From positions 384,942 to 448,941 of the forward strand of contig JAQUQO010000001.1 of assembly GCA_028716045.1 (NCBI GenBank): DNA of 64,000 nt. Direction: 5' to 3'. Within the stretch, counting starts at the first letter, position 1. Every line of letters starts with the position of its first letter. Position numbers and translations under genes: made by a program. Positions 41,380-51,543 of this stretch are shown here, one piece after another. The notes under the pieces are model-generated. The model saw only the letters and a list, made by a program, of their open reading frames with translations. It was not told the origin of the DNA and did no database searches. This DNA is from Patescibacteria group bacterium (GTDB taxonomy: Bacteria; Patescibacteriota; Patescibacteriia; JAQUQO01).

Positions 41380-41844
41380 ATGGACGAAAAAACAAAAAAC
41401 TATATTGCGGTCGTCAACCTTATTACGGGCTTCGTTATAGGTTGTTTAGTGGCTACTCTCGTCGTAATTTTGGTATTAGAAGATGCAGAAACAACCGCCC
41501 AAACCACTACCTGCCCCGAGTCAAAACCTTGTCCGGTGTGTCAAGAACAGCCCGCCCCTAACTGCACCAACCTACCGATGGTGGTAGGAGAGGTGGAGGA
41601 AAAGGGTAGGTATGTTGGGTGGACTAGCCCCGATACATGTTGGCTAAAAATCTCATTTGTAGCCCTGCCAGAATGGGGTTTCAATGACAGAACAGTGACG
41701 TATATCTTTGTTGACGTGCCAAATGAACAATCCGTCATCTGCCAGGCTAAAATCGGCGACACATTACCTCTACGTTACGACGTGAAGACCAAAAAGGTCA
41801 TTCTCAACTTCAACAATGAAGTTGAAATACGAGTCAAAGAGTAA
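41380..41844 (+). CDS. Secreted/membrane-anchored Cys-containing hypothetical protein
   Basis: N-terminal TM plus six Cys. GC content is higher than in the flanks. Confidence 0.45.
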   Translation: MDEKTKNYIAVVNLITGFVIGCLVATLVVILVLEDAETTAQTTTCPESKPCPVCQEQPAPNCTNLPMVVGEVEEKGRYVGWTSPDTCWLKISFVALPEWGFNDRTVTYIFVDVPNEQSVICQAKIGDTLPLRYDVKTKKVILNFNNEVEIRVKE

Positions 41845-41994
41845 CTCAATTTCTATTGAAGATGCTTACGGGCGCGAGATGATAAAATTTATCCCCGCCC
41901 GTTTTTTATTTTTTCTTAATAATATTATTTTAGGGCTCGGCCTGCGCGAGATAAAATAGCCCTAGTTTATTAATATAAATTAGGGCTATAAAAA

Positions 41995-42393
41995 TTACGA
42001 AACTAAACTCAAAAACTTAAGTAAAAGGCTGATTAAAAAATAGGCAATCATTAATAAAGCAAGAAGGAAACAACCAATTGTTAACGGCGATATGTGGGAA
42101 TCTTCTCCTATTGTCCATATCACATTCAGGATTATTAAAATAACAGAAAAAATGAGTAACAGAAAATAATCAAACGGTCCAATCGGCCCTCCGGGCTGCC
42201 AATGGCTTGCAAGAATAGCTAATAACATTAAACCGCCGGGAAAGATGATGGCAACAATGACTGCTAAAACATGGCAAAGCCAACACCATATATAGTCAAC
42301 CCATAAATCTGCTATTTTTCTTGTTAGTTTCATTATTATTCCTCCTTTTAGATATTGTGTTTTAAAATAACATCTGGTTAAATTATTTAACAA
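41995..42393 (-). CDS. Small polytopic membrane protein
   Basis: Four hydrophobic segments. Confidence 0.4.
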   Translation of the reverse strand: MLNNLTRCYFKTQYLKGGIIMKLTRKIADLWVDYIWCWLCHVLAVIVAIIFPGGLMLLAILASHWQPGGPIGPFDYFLLLIFSVILIILNVIWTIGEDSHISPLTIGCFLLALLMIAYFLISLLLKFLSLVS

Positions 42394-42579
42394 ATATTGA
42401 TTTTTGTCAAACGAGCGAACGGCAAGCAGGCAGATGATATTCTGACATGGTTACTAATGGGTTGACATTTATATTATATTATGTTAATTTTCCACCGTGA
42501 ACATTGATAATTATTTTGAATGGAGATTTAACGAGCTTTTTGGCTCATAGAGGGGTAAACCCCGAAAGGAGAACATTGG

Positions 42580-44457
42580 ATGATTAAAAAACCACCTCAA
42601 AATTGGGGAGAAATGACCAACATTGAGAAAGACATCTGGTGGCGCGATAACGTCTACCAGGAGGACATGCCCCAGCTCACACTGCGCGCCGCTTGTACGG
42701 GTGCCGTGGTGGGGGCCCTACTCTCGCTTGTCAACTTGTATATTGGAATCAAGACGGGGTTCGCCGTCGGAATGGGTGTAACCGCCGTGGTACTCGCCTT
42801 TTTGGCGTTCGGTATCCTATCCAAACTTGGCATTGCCAAACAAATTACCCTGCTGGAAAACAATATAGCGCAAAGCGCGGCTACTGCCGCCGGCTATATG
42901 ACAGGATTACTGACTGCCTCATTGCCAGCGTACATGCTGGTAACGGGCGTAGTGTTCCCGATATGGCAAGCTATTATCTGGGCCATTGCCCTCGCCATAT
43001 TGGGCGTGCTGTTTGCTTTTCCCTGGAAGAAACGGTTTATTAATTGGAATGACTATCCGTTTCCCGAAGGTACGGCGGCGGCTATTGTGATGGACGGATT
43101 GCACGGCGACAACGTAGGGGAAAAAATTAAGGCCAAAATCTTGGCGTACGGCGGCATTTTCGCAGCAATCTGGCAATTCATCATAAACGGAAAAATTGCG
43201 CTTATGATTAAAGACAAAGCTTACACCGCCGGAGAAAACCTCTTAAACTGGATACCAGCAATTAAAGGCGTTGAAGTACAAAAATGGTCGGTAAATATCG
43301 GCACTGATATGGCCATGATTGGGATAGGCGGTATCATTGGCATTCGTACTGCTATTTCGTGGGCTATAGGAGGACTGATTAGCTTCTTGATTTTGCCGCC
43401 TCTGCTGGTAAAGTACGGCGTGTTTACAACATTTGAAGAACTCAACTACCGCAGCATCATCGCCTGGACAATGTGGTTGGGTATAGCCATGATTACCTTG
43501 GCCTCGCTGTATCCCTTCATCACGAAACTCGATATGATAAAAAGCGCCTTCGCTGGTTTGCGACGCAAAGGAAAGAAAGAAGAAGATGTACTTAGGGAAA
43601 TTGAACTGCCTAAATTGGTGTTTTGGGTGGGAATTCCGCTAGTAAGCATCGTGGTGATTGCCTTGGGATATTTCTTTTTCGGCATTAGTATAGAAATGGG
43701 GGTAGGCGCGATATTGCTTATCGCGATTTTCACGCTTATAGCCGTGAATTCCACGGCTCTTACTTCCTTTACGCCAGTCGGGGCGTTGGCGAAACTATCC
43801 CAACTCTACGCAGCCTTGCTATCGCCCGGCAATGCTCCGGTTAACTTGGCCACCGGCAGTATCACTGCCGAGGTAACCAGTAATGCCAGCAACCTGCTTA
43901 TGAATATCAAGGCCGGCTTTATGCTTGGCGCCAAGCCACGTCTTCAGGCAATTGCCCATATTCTGGGAGCTATTTCCGGCGCCCTGGCTGCGACCACTCT
44001 CTTCTATTACCTTATCTTCAATCGCCTCGGAGGCGATGTTAGCCAGTTCGGCAGTAACACTATGCCTTTGCCAAGCGCTAAAATTTGGCAGGGTTTAGCC
44101 GTGGTGCTTAACCAAGGTCTGTCGGCCATTCCAATCTCGGCACGTTGGGCTATTTTGGCCGGCGCCTTGGTGGGCGTGGCACTGATGTGGATTGACGACC
44201 AATTTAAAGTCAAATACAAAAAACGCTTCCCTATTTGCCCGATTGGTCTTTCTCTCGGTTTTGTGGTGCCGTTTAACTATAGCGCTACTATTGCCCTGGG
44301 TGCCGTGCTGTTCTGGCTCGGTCAAAAGTTGGCTAAAAAGAAGACGGGTGGACTGCTTGACCGTTTCTTCAAACAGGACGAAGGCGGCGTGACGCTGGCC
44401 TCCGGACTCATTGCCGGAGCTGGTATTGCCGGCATCATTATCCTCTGTCTTGGATAA
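42580..44457 (+). CDS. OPT-family oligopeptide transporter
   Basis: 625 aa with about 16 TM. The conserved OPT N-terminal block is NIEKDIWWRDNVYQEDMPQLTLRAACTGAVVGALLSLVNLYIGIKTGF. GC is noticeably higher than in neighbouring genes. Confidence 0.8.
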   Translation: MIKKPPQNWGEMTNIEKDIWWRDNVYQEDMPQLTLRAACTGAVVGALLSLVNLYIGIKTGFAVGMGVTAVVLAFLAFGILSKLGIAKQITLLENNIAQSAATAAGYMTGLLTASLPAYMLVTGVVFPIWQAIIWAIALAILGVLFAFPWKKRFINWNDYPFPEGTAAAIVMDGLHGDNVGEKIKAKILAYGGIFAAIWQFIINGKIALMIKDKAYTAGENLLNWIPAIKGVEVQKWSVNIGTDMAMIGIGGIIGIRTAISWAIGGLISFLILPPLLVKYGVFTTFEELNYRSIIAWTMWLGIAMITLASLYPFITKLDMIKSAFAGLRRKGKKEEDVLREIELPKLVFWVGIPLVSIVVIALGYFFFGISIEMGVGAILLIAIFTLIAVNSTALTSFTPVGALAKLSQLYAALLSPGNAPVNLATGSITAEVTSNASNLLMNIKAGFMLGAKPRLQAIAHILGAISGALAATTLFYYLIFNRLGGDVSQFGSNTMPLPSAKIWQGLAVVLNQGLSAIPISARWAILAGALVGVALMWIDDQFKVKYKKRFPICPIGLSLGFVVPFNYSATIALGAVLFWLGQKLAKKKTGGLLDRFFKQDEGGVTLASGLIAGAGIAGIIILCLG

Positions 44458-44576
44458 CACTGCATCTCCAGACAAATTGGGGAAAAAATCTAGACCGCTC
44501 ACAACTCGTGAGTGGTTTTTTATTTTTATTTAGCGCTAAGTCGCCCAACCTCCTTTTTGCGATCTAAGTATACGAG

Positions 44577-45305
44577 TTATTTCCAATACCCTGTTTCTGG
44601 GTCAATCCCTCGAGGATCATCGCCATACATACTTGTCGCAACTACATAGTTAATATAGTTATCATAAGTTAATTCTGTAATTTTACTAGCTGCCACATAT
44701 ACACCCAATGCTAAATAAGTGGGTTCTGTATCTTTTAGAGTTTTTAGCTCTAATTCAAGTCTTTTAATTTCTTCTTCGTCAGTATTATTCAATCCCTGGT
44801 GAGCATCGTTAATAATTTGATTTGTCATCTCTTCCATTGAGGGTAATGAACTTCTGGCCATATTTTTTCTCTTTTCTAACGCCCCTTCTAATGAATCTAC
44901 AACTTGGATCCTCATTCTTCCTGAACCATGTCTAGAATCTAACATAAAAGGAACTAAATCATATCTATTTACGATGGTTTTTACTTCTTCCTCACTTAAT
45001 AATTTTGAGAATGATATGACTACAGATATTTTATCATTTGGATGATTATGAATAACATAACAAATCCGTCGGTCACTCTCTTCTAAAGCTTGTTCTAATA
45101 AATCTTCATCATCATGCAAGTCCGGAATAATTTCTGCCTTGGGGCATTCTAAGTAAATGCCAGTTTTAACTGATTCTTCTTTTTTACAAGTCACTACAAA
45201 AAATAGTGATAACAAAATTAAAATTAATACCAATATAATAAAAGCTAATTTTAAATTCTTTGTGAGCATATATTTAAAGAGTGAGAGATACATTAAATCG
45301 CCCAA
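44577..45305 (-). CDS. Membrane-anchored hypothetical protein (very AT-rich)
   Basis: N-terminal TM and an acidic region. Codon usage is strongly AT-skewed relative to the window. Confidence 0.4.
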   Translation of the reverse strand: MGDLMYLSLFKYMLTKNLKLAFIILVLILILLSLFFVVTCKKEESVKTGIYLECPKAEIIPDLHDDEDLLEQALEESDRRICYVIHNHPNDKISVVISFSKLLSEEEVKTIVNRYDLVPFMLDSRHGSGRMRIQVVDSLEGALEKRKNMARSSLPSMEEMTNQIINDAHQGLNNTDEEEIKRLELELKTLKDTEPTYLALGVYVAASKITELTYDNYINYVVATSMYGDDPRGIDPETGYWK

Positions 45306-45348
45306 TCTCTTTATTGCGTCTGCGCAGTAATTTTAAAAAATTTGATAT

Positions 45349-45423
45349 TGGTACCGCCACGGGGAATTGAACCCCGATTACCAGGATGAGAACCTGGCGT
45401 CCTAACCGTTAGACGATGGCGGC
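45349..45423 (-). tRNA. tRNA-Glu (anticodon CTC), CCA encoded
   Basis: GCCGCCA acceptor, anticodon loop TTCTCAT, T-arm CGGGG-TTCAATT-CCCCG. Confidence 0.85.
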
Positions 45424-45505
45424 AAACGTATAAACATACTAACAAAAAAATAACCCGCTAGTCAAGGGGGTTATTTGTATATTTGTAATAAATTGGCAAC
45501 TAGTA

Positions 45506-46798
45506 TTACTTTTTCTCCCACGCTTCATCCTGCCTCACTAAAAGTTCTTTGGCGCGCAACGGTTCAGCCATCACTTCCTTGGTAACTTTTTCCATTCTCA
45601 TTCCCTGTGAACCCTTAATTAAAATCACATCCCCTTTTTCCATCAAATCCTGTAAATATCTTCCGGCCTCTTCGGCAAAATCAAAAGAAGCGACTTTTCC
45701 CTCCTCCATACCCATCTTTTTCGCCTCTTCGGCGATAAACCGAGCGCGTTCTCCGACGGTTATCAAAAAATCAAGATGATTTTCCGCCAACCTCCGACCA
45801 ACTGCTCTATGCCCCTCTTCCGTAAAATCTCCGAGCTCCAGCATATCGCCCAACACGGCGATTCTTTTGGCGCGCTCTCCGATATTCACGTCGCGCAGCG
45901 CGTCCAAAGCGGCTAACGTTGCCAAAGGAGAAGAATTATACGTATCGTCAATCAAGACGGTCTGCTTAATTCCGGAAATTATATTCATTCTCCCCGGAGG
46001 TGCTTTATAATTTTTCAGGGCTTCGGCTGTTTCAACCAGATTCATCCCGAAAGAAGTTCCGACAGCCATGGCGGCAATCGCGGAATAAATATGCTGCCGA
46101 CCCAAAACTCCCGACAAATAAACTGGCACGGTGCTGCCGGAAAAAGAAACTTTAAAACTCACACCTCCATCTATCACTCCGTTTTCATTCCTTAAATTTG
46201 ACGAAAATTCCAAAGCCTTAACGTCAGCTCCGTCCTCAAAACCGAAAGTCATGAAACGGCATTTCGCGGCCTTGCTCATATTAAGAACGTTCTTGTCATC
46301 ATAATTCAAAACAGCCGCTCCGTCAGCGGGTAAAGAGTTGATTAAAATCTGTTTTTCTTTGATAATCCCCTCTAAACTTCCAAAAAATTCCACGTGCACC
46401 GGCGCAATAGCCGTAACGACCCCAATATTCGGCCGAGCGATTTCCGTCAGATACTTTATATCTCCTTTTTTATCAGCGCCCATTTCCAAAACAAGCACGT
46501 CCGGATAATTTTTATTTCTCTTGATAAGCAATTTTTTTGCCGCCCAAAATATCCCCAGCCATTTGAAAAAGGATTTATTGCCCGAGGGCGCGCCGATTAT
46601 GGACAAAGGCAAACCAATTTCATTATTGTAATTTCCGGAACTGGCGCGCGTTCTGAATTTAGTTTTAAGGACGGCGAAAATAGCTTCCTTGGTGGAGCTT
46701 TTCCCCACCGAGCCCGTAATGCCAATAATTTTTGGCTGGTATTTTTTAATGATTCTTTTGGCAAAAAATCGCAGGCAATTCTCTAAAATTTTTTTCAT
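45506..46798 (-). CDS. murF: UDP-N-acetylmuramoyl-tripeptide--D-alanyl-D-alanine ligase
   Basis: P-loop GITGSVGKSSTKE and Mur ligase middle and C-terminal domains. Downstream of ftsI. Confidence 0.9.
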   Translation of the reverse strand: MKKILENCLRFFAKRIIKKYQPKIIGITGSVGKSSTKEAIFAVLKTKFRTRASSGNYNNEIGLPLSIIGAPSGNKSFFKWLGIFWAAKKLLIKRNKNYPDVLVLEMGADKKGDIKYLTEIARPNIGVVTAIAPVHVEFFGSLEGIIKEKQILINSLPADGAAVLNYDDKNVLNMSKAAKCRFMTFGFEDGADVKALEFSSNLRNENGVIDGGVSFKVSFSGSTVPVYLSGVLGRQHIYSAIAAMAVGTSFGMNLVETAEALKNYKAPPGRMNIISGIKQTVLIDDTYNSSPLATLAALDALRDVNIGERAKRIAVLGDMLELGDFTEEGHRAVGRRLAENHLDFLITVGERARFIAEEAKKMGMEEGKVASFDFAEEAGRYLQDLMEKGDVILIKGSQGMRMEKVTKEVMAEPLRAKELLVRQDEAWEKK

Positions 46799-46806
46799 AA
46801 TTATTT

Positions 46807-48678
46807 TTATTCACTTTTCTCGTCCGGTGGTATCTGATAATATTTTAGCACAAAATCGGCAATTTCGCCAAATAACGGCGCCACGGAAGAATCGGCAAAG
46901 GGTACGGACTTGGGATCGTCCAAACGCACCGTCGCGACAAAACGCGGATTATCTACTGGTGCAAAACCGACAAAGGAATGGATGGTGCGGCTGCCATATT
47001 TGCCTGTTCCTTTCTCCGCTACCTGCGCCGTTCCGGTCTTTCCGGCAATATAATAACCCTTAACGCCCGCTCTTTTCGGATGGCCTTCGCGCACCACGGA
47101 GACAAGCATTCCGGATACCAGAGTGGCGGCGCGGGGTGAAATAACCTGCCGCAAAACCTGCGGTTTGGTTTCAATAACTTCGCCGCTCTTTCTGACAACT
47201 TTTTTAACTATGTAAGGAGACATTAATTTACCCTGATTGGCTATGGCGCCGTAAGCCACCGTCATTTGAAGAGGGGTGGCTGTAATGCCCTGCCCAAAAG
47301 AAGCGGTGGCCATGTAAATTTCGCTGTCCTTATTAAGCGAAGAGATATTGCTGGTGCTTTCTGTTTCCAGCTCAATACCGCTCAGAGCGCCAAAACCAAA
47401 ATCTTCCACGTATTTTTGAAAAAGTTTCGGACCGATTTGTCGGGCGACAAAAATCGCTCCAGTGTTGATGGAATTATTAAGCACCCCAATCATATCGCTT
47501 TGCCCATAAACCTTATCAGCGGCATTCTTAATCGTGTATTCGCCGATTTTTACAAACCCCTCGTCAACGTAAGTAGTACTCGGCACAACTTTTTCCTGGT
47601 CAATCGCCGCCGCCATGGTGATTGACTTAAAAATTGAACCCGGCTCATATTGTCCGAAAATCGCCTGATTATTAAAATAGTCTATATTTTTTACTTCCGA
47701 ATATTTATTAGGGTCAAAATCCGGGTAAGAACACATGGCAAGAATCGCTCCGGTGGCCGGGTCCATAATGACGACTGACCCGGAATCGGCCCCATGGCGC
47801 AAGGCGTATTCGTTTAATTTTGCGCAGGCGAAATATTCTATATTATGGTCAATAGTCAGGACAATATCATCGCCATCAACAGCCGGCGTAAATTCTTTCT
47901 CGGTTAAAGCAATCCACCGCCCGGCCGCGTCCCTTTCCGAGCGCAAAGAGCCCTGACTGCCGGATAATTCTTTGTTAAAATATCCCTCTATGCCGTAATG
48001 GCCGACTTTTTTCTCACCAGTTAAACTTAAAAAACCAATTACATGGCTGCCGATATTTTTCTCCGGATAATATCTCCAACTTTCTTTGGCAAATCTGATT
48101 CCCGGGGACTCAAGCTCTTCAACTTTTTTCTTTAACTCCTCGCTCACCATGCTTTTTATCGGTTCATAAGGGTCATCTGCCTTGGAAAGCTTGGCAACCA
48201 ATTCTTCTTTGATGTTGGCTAAAGCCACGACCCGTCGCGCCTCGGCCAACTTTTTTTCATCAGTGATGCTGTCCACGCTTTTGTTGTAAGCGTTCGGTCC
48301 GGATAAAAATTCATCATCATTATACAAAACTTCAATAAGCTGTTCCGCGGTTTGGTCCGGGTTAATAACATTTTTTGGTTCGGCGTAAACCAGATAAAAA
48401 TCTTTGTTGGTGGCCGCGGGAAAAAGCTCTTCCCGTCCCGCCCGCGTATCTTGGGTATAAATCTTGCCGCGCTCCGGAAATAATTTTTGATAAATCTCGT
48501 GCTGGCCAGAAGCTAAGGCGGAATAAAAACTATGCTGTAAAACCTGTAACTGAAATAATCTCAAAATCACAAAAACGGACACTAAAAAAATAGTCGCCAT
48601 AATTAAAATCAGGCGCCTATCTACGGATTCCGAAGAAATATGAAATCCGCTTCTTTTTTTACTAAAAGTTAAAATCAT
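46807..48678 (-). CDS. ftsI: Peptidoglycan D,D-transpeptidase (class B PBP, FtsI/PBP2-like)
   Basis: N-terminal TM, dimerisation domain, and the transpeptidase motifs SIFK (SxxK), SIN and KTGTA. Confidence 0.9.
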   Translation of the reverse strand: MILTFSKKRSGFHISSESVDRRLILIMATIFLVSVFVILRLFQLQVLQHSFYSALASGQHEIYQKLFPERGKIYTQDTRAGREELFPAATNKDFYLVYAEPKNVINPDQTAEQLIEVLYNDDEFLSGPNAYNKSVDSITDEKKLAEARRVVALANIKEELVAKLSKADDPYEPIKSMVSEELKKKVEELESPGIRFAKESWRYYPEKNIGSHVIGFLSLTGEKKVGHYGIEGYFNKELSGSQGSLRSERDAAGRWIALTEKEFTPAVDGDDIVLTIDHNIEYFACAKLNEYALRHGADSGSVVIMDPATGAILAMCSYPDFDPNKYSEVKNIDYFNNQAIFGQYEPGSIFKSITMAAAIDQEKVVPSTTYVDEGFVKIGEYTIKNAADKVYGQSDMIGVLNNSINTGAIFVARQIGPKLFQKYVEDFGFGALSGIELETESTSNISSLNKDSEIYMATASFGQGITATPLQMTVAYGAIANQGKLMSPYIVKKVVRKSGEVIETKPQVLRQVISPRAATLVSGMLVSVVREGHPKRAGVKGYYIAGKTGTAQVAEKGTGKYGSRTIHSFVGFAPVDNPRFVATVRLDDPKSVPFADSSVAPLFGEIADFVLKYYQIPPDEKSE

Positions 48679-48698
48679 TCTAACTTTTAAATCTAGAA

Positions 48699-49028
48699 TT
48701 ATTCAAAACTACTGGCTTCCATTTCCTCCCATTCCCCTCTCGCTTCATTCCATTTATACGCCCGGAACTTATGGGAAAATTCGGAATCGGAATAAATATA
48801 TTTGACTGCCGTTTCTCCGCCGATTCTTTTGGAGCCGACGGTTTTTTTATCTAAGACAATCGGCCGGCTAAAACGCTCCAGCTTGATTTTCCCGAGCGGC
48901 CCGTTGAAAACTATAAATTCCACAAACCCCGGTCCACTTTCTTCTCCCAAATCCTCTTTTTTTGATTCCAAAACTTCAAATTCGTCTTTAACTCTGCCGA
49001 CTAAATTTTGCCATTTTTCATCTTGCAT
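48699..49028 (-). CDS. Hypothetical protein
   Basis: 109 aa with no recognised motif. Confidence 0.4.
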   Translation of the reverse strand: MQDEKWQNLVGRVKDEFEVLESKKEDLGEESGPGFVEFIVFNGPLGKIKLERFSRPIVLDKKTVGSKRIGGETAVKYIYSDSEFSHKFRAYKWNEARGEWEEMEASSFE

Positions 49029-49100
49029 ACGAAATAATTATAGCAGAAATAAAGAGGAAAATCAAATTTAAAAAATAGGCGAGGCATCATCCTAAAAATT

Positions 49101-49128
49101 GTAGGCGAGAATTCGAATTCTCGCCTAC
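49101..49128. repeat. 28-bp perfect palindrome GTAGGCGAGAATTCGAATTCTCGCCTAC (copy 1)
   Basis: Exact repeat of the copy at 49588-49615. Contains two EcoRI sites. Confidence 0.8.
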
Positions 49129-49137
49129 GCACAAGGG

Positions 49138-49177
49138 CCTGACCCGTCGGTCGCGACTGACGGGTCTTGACAAATTT
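49138..49177. repeat. Palindromic operator/promoter element copy 4 (inverted orientation)
   Basis: cctgacccgtcggtcgcgactgacgggtcttgacaaattt. Its TTGACA (49167-49172) forms the -35 box, 17 nt upstream of TATGGT. Confidence 0.7.
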
Positions 49178-49281
49178 TTAAATATATGGTATGGTAGAGC
49201 ATACTTGGTTTTTGTTCGTTTAGCTACCCCATAGACTTGTAAAAGACATAATCCTTAACCTTATTTAGAAAGGAAAATACT

Positions 49282-49452
49282 ATGGGGAAAAACAAAAAAA
49301 GAAAGCCTCAAAAAAGAGAAGGGTGGAAACCTCCTAAAAATTACTGGGAAAATTTAAAAAAAGAAGTGCTGAGAGATCGGCACGAGTTAGAAGAAGCGGA
49401 TAAACAGGCCGCAAAAGCAATTAGTGAGGCATGGAATCTACTAACCAAGTAA
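49282..49452 (+). CDS. Small basic protein (56 aa, MGKNKKRKPQKREGWKPPKNYWENLKKEVLRDRHELEEADKQAAKAISEAWNLLTK), not in the ORF track
   Basis: RBS GAAAGGAAAA precedes the ATG. A promoter from element copy 4 lies upstream. An intrinsic terminator (agcaccgacataaatcggtgct plus T-run) lies downstream at 49463-49500. Confidence 0.55.
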   Translation: MGKNKKRKPQKREGWKPPKNYWENLKKEVLRDRHELEEADKQAAKAISEAWNLLTK

Positions 49453-49587
49453 TCCAATCGCAAAAGCACCGACATAAATCGGTGCTTCTTTTATTATTTT
49501 TCGTAGGCGAGGTCGTCCTGGTTATTCAACGAGATAAACGCGACCTCGTCTATAATTTCGGAGAAAAGGCATGTCTTAAGTTTCATC

Positions 49588-49615
49588 GTAGGCGAGAATT
49601 CGAATTCTCGCCTAC
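49588..49615. repeat. 28-bp perfect palindrome GTAGGCGAGAATTCGAATTCTCGCCTAC (copy 2)
   Basis: Identical to copy 1. It lies between the converging small ORF and rarA. Confidence 0.8.
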
Positions 49616-49639
49616 TTAACCATAACGGCTTAAACGATT

Positions 49640-50908
49640 TTAACGTTCACCCTTAAGATACTTTCTCCCATTCAATTCCGGCGGCAGATAATCCTGAATA
49701 TCGCCTTTGTAATTATGCTCGGGATTATATTTGTAATCCTTGCCGTAGCCGATTTCTTTCATAAACTTAGTTGGGGCGTTGCGGAGGTGTAAGGGCACTC
49801 CGAGATGCGAAGTATTGCGCGCGTCCTCGGCGGCTTTACTATAAGCAGTGTAAAGCAAATTTGATTTGGACGACTTAGCGCAATAAACCACCGCCTGCGC
49901 CAGATGCACGCTGCATTCCGGCATACCGAGTTTATGGCAAGCGTCGTAAACGGCGTTGGCCTGAACCAAGGCCTCGCTATTAGCCATACCCACATCCTCA
50001 CTCGCGAAGCGCACCACCCGCCGCGCGATATAAAGCGGGTCAGCTCCGCCTTCCAGCATCCGCGCCAGCCAATAAAGAGCCGCGTCAGGGTCAGAACCTC
50101 TCATGGATTTATGGAGAGCGGAAATCAGATTATAAAATTCCTCTCCTTTTTTATCAAAAATCAAATGCGTCCTTTGCAGGGCTTCTTTAATATCTTCTTT
50201 TTCTATTTTAATATTCCCCTTGCCGCGGGATTTTGCCTTGAAAGCCAGCTCTAACCCATTTAAGGCCACGCGCGCGTCTCCGCCGGAAAGCTCGGCTAAA
50301 CATTCCAGCACTTCGGCGCTGATATTTATTTTATAATCGCCCAGTCCTTTTTCTTTATCGCTCAACGCCCTTTTTATAATTTTAATAATATCTTTATCCC
50401 CGAGCGGTTTTAAAATAAAAACCCGCGAACGCGACAAAAGCGCTCCGATAATTTCAAAAGAAGGATTTTCCGTGGTGGCGCCGATAAGTGTGATAACCCC
50501 CTTCTCCACGTACGGCAAAAGCGCATCCTGCTGGGCCTTGTTCCAGCGATGTATTTCATCAATAAATAAAATCGTTCTCCGACTGACTTCATTTAAATTC
50601 TTTTCCGCCCGCTTAACCGCCTCCTTTAAATCGTCCTTACCGCTCATCACTCCGGAGAGCACAATAAAATCGGAGTCAGTTTCTTTGGCAATGATATTGG
50701 CCAAAGTGGTTTTACCCACTCCGGGCGGGCCCCAAAAAATCAGCGAGGGCAAACTGTCTTTCTCAACCATCCGCCGCAACATTTTGCCTTTGCCAACGAT
50801 GTGCTCTTGGCCAAAAAATTCATCAAAATTCTCCGACCGCATCCGGTCGGCCAACGGGGCATTTTTGGACCTAACTTGCTCGCCTTGGTATTGGAATAAA
50901 TCGCTCAT
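49640..50908 (-). CDS. rarA: Replication-associated recombination protein A (AAA+ RarA/MgsA)
   Basis: Walker A GPPGVGKTT, Walker B LFIDEIHR, and the C-terminal MgsA domain. Confidence 0.9.
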   Translation of the reverse strand: MSDLFQYQGEQVRSKNAPLADRMRSENFDEFFGQEHIVGKGKMLRRMVEKDSLPSLIFWGPPGVGKTTLANIIAKETDSDFIVLSGVMSGKDDLKEAVKRAEKNLNEVSRRTILFIDEIHRWNKAQQDALLPYVEKGVITLIGATTENPSFEIIGALLSRSRVFILKPLGDKDIIKIIKRALSDKEKGLGDYKINISAEVLECLAELSGGDARVALNGLELAFKAKSRGKGNIKIEKEDIKEALQRTHLIFDKKGEEFYNLISALHKSMRGSDPDAALYWLARMLEGGADPLYIARRVVRFASEDVGMANSEALVQANAVYDACHKLGMPECSVHLAQAVVYCAKSSKSNLLYTAYSKAAEDARNTSHLGVPLHLRNAPTKFMKEIGYGKDYKYNPEHNYKGDIQDYLPPELNGRKYLKGER

Positions 50909-51043
50909 ATAAATAATGTTTAGCGTTTATATTTTACTACAAAATCCAAAGTCGGTCAAAATATAAAACTTGACTAAATTTAGCAAATGTTATAAAGTTT
51001 AAAATTGTTCTTTTCTACCAACCCCCCGACAAAAGGAGAGAAA

Positions 51044-51280
51044 ATGGGAGCTAATATTTGTGAATGCGGCAAACCCGCCAACGACAGTGTGTCTGAACAG
51101 GATAAAGATGGGCGCACCATAACTCTTTTCGGCTGTCCGTGCCAAAAAGTATGGGTCGTGACAGAATGCCATCATTGCGGAAGCGTAATAGACGAACGCG
51201 AAAAGCCGAAAAAATGTTCGTGTTGCGGACACTTTATTTGCCCGAAATGCGGCAGGTGTTCGCCAAACTGCGAACATTAA
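51044..51280 (+). CDS. Small Cys-rich zinc-ribbon-like protein (78 aa, about 16 Cys)
   Basis: RBS AAAGGAGAG. CECGKP...CPCQK...CHHCG...CSCCGHFICPKCGRCSPNC. Confidence 0.5.
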   Translation: MGANICECGKPANDSVSEQDKDGRTITLFGCPCQKVWVVTECHHCGSVIDEREKPKKCSCCGHFICPKCGRCSPNCEH

Positions 51281-51381
51281 AATTCCCCCAAGAAAATACA
51301 GAGGCGCTGGGTCGCCTCTTTTTTATTGACTAAATATAAAAAATAATATAAACTTAAATCATTATTAATTATCAGTTATTT

Positions 51382-51454
51382 CGGGCTGTAGCGCAGTTGG
51401 TAGCGCGCATCGTTCGGGACGATGAGGCCGGAGGTTCAAGTCCTCTCAGCCCGA
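51382..51454 (+). tRNA. tRNA-Pro (anticodon CGG), CCA not encoded
   Basis: Acceptor CGGGCTG/CAGCCCG, anticodon loop TTCGGGA, T-arm GGAGG-TTCAAGT-CCTCT. Confidence 0.85.
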
Positions 51455-51543
51455 CTGGGTCAAAAGTTAACAAAATAAAATGTCCCGCTCTATTGGGGCG
51501 ATCGGAGGTTTCCGCCAAAGGCGGATCAGGTCGAATGACCTGA

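Noticed and set aside
49431-49619. 62-aa ORF 49431-49619 (+)
   Set aside because: It starts inside the 56-aa small ORF and runs through its terminator and the 28-bp palindrome. It is an artefact.
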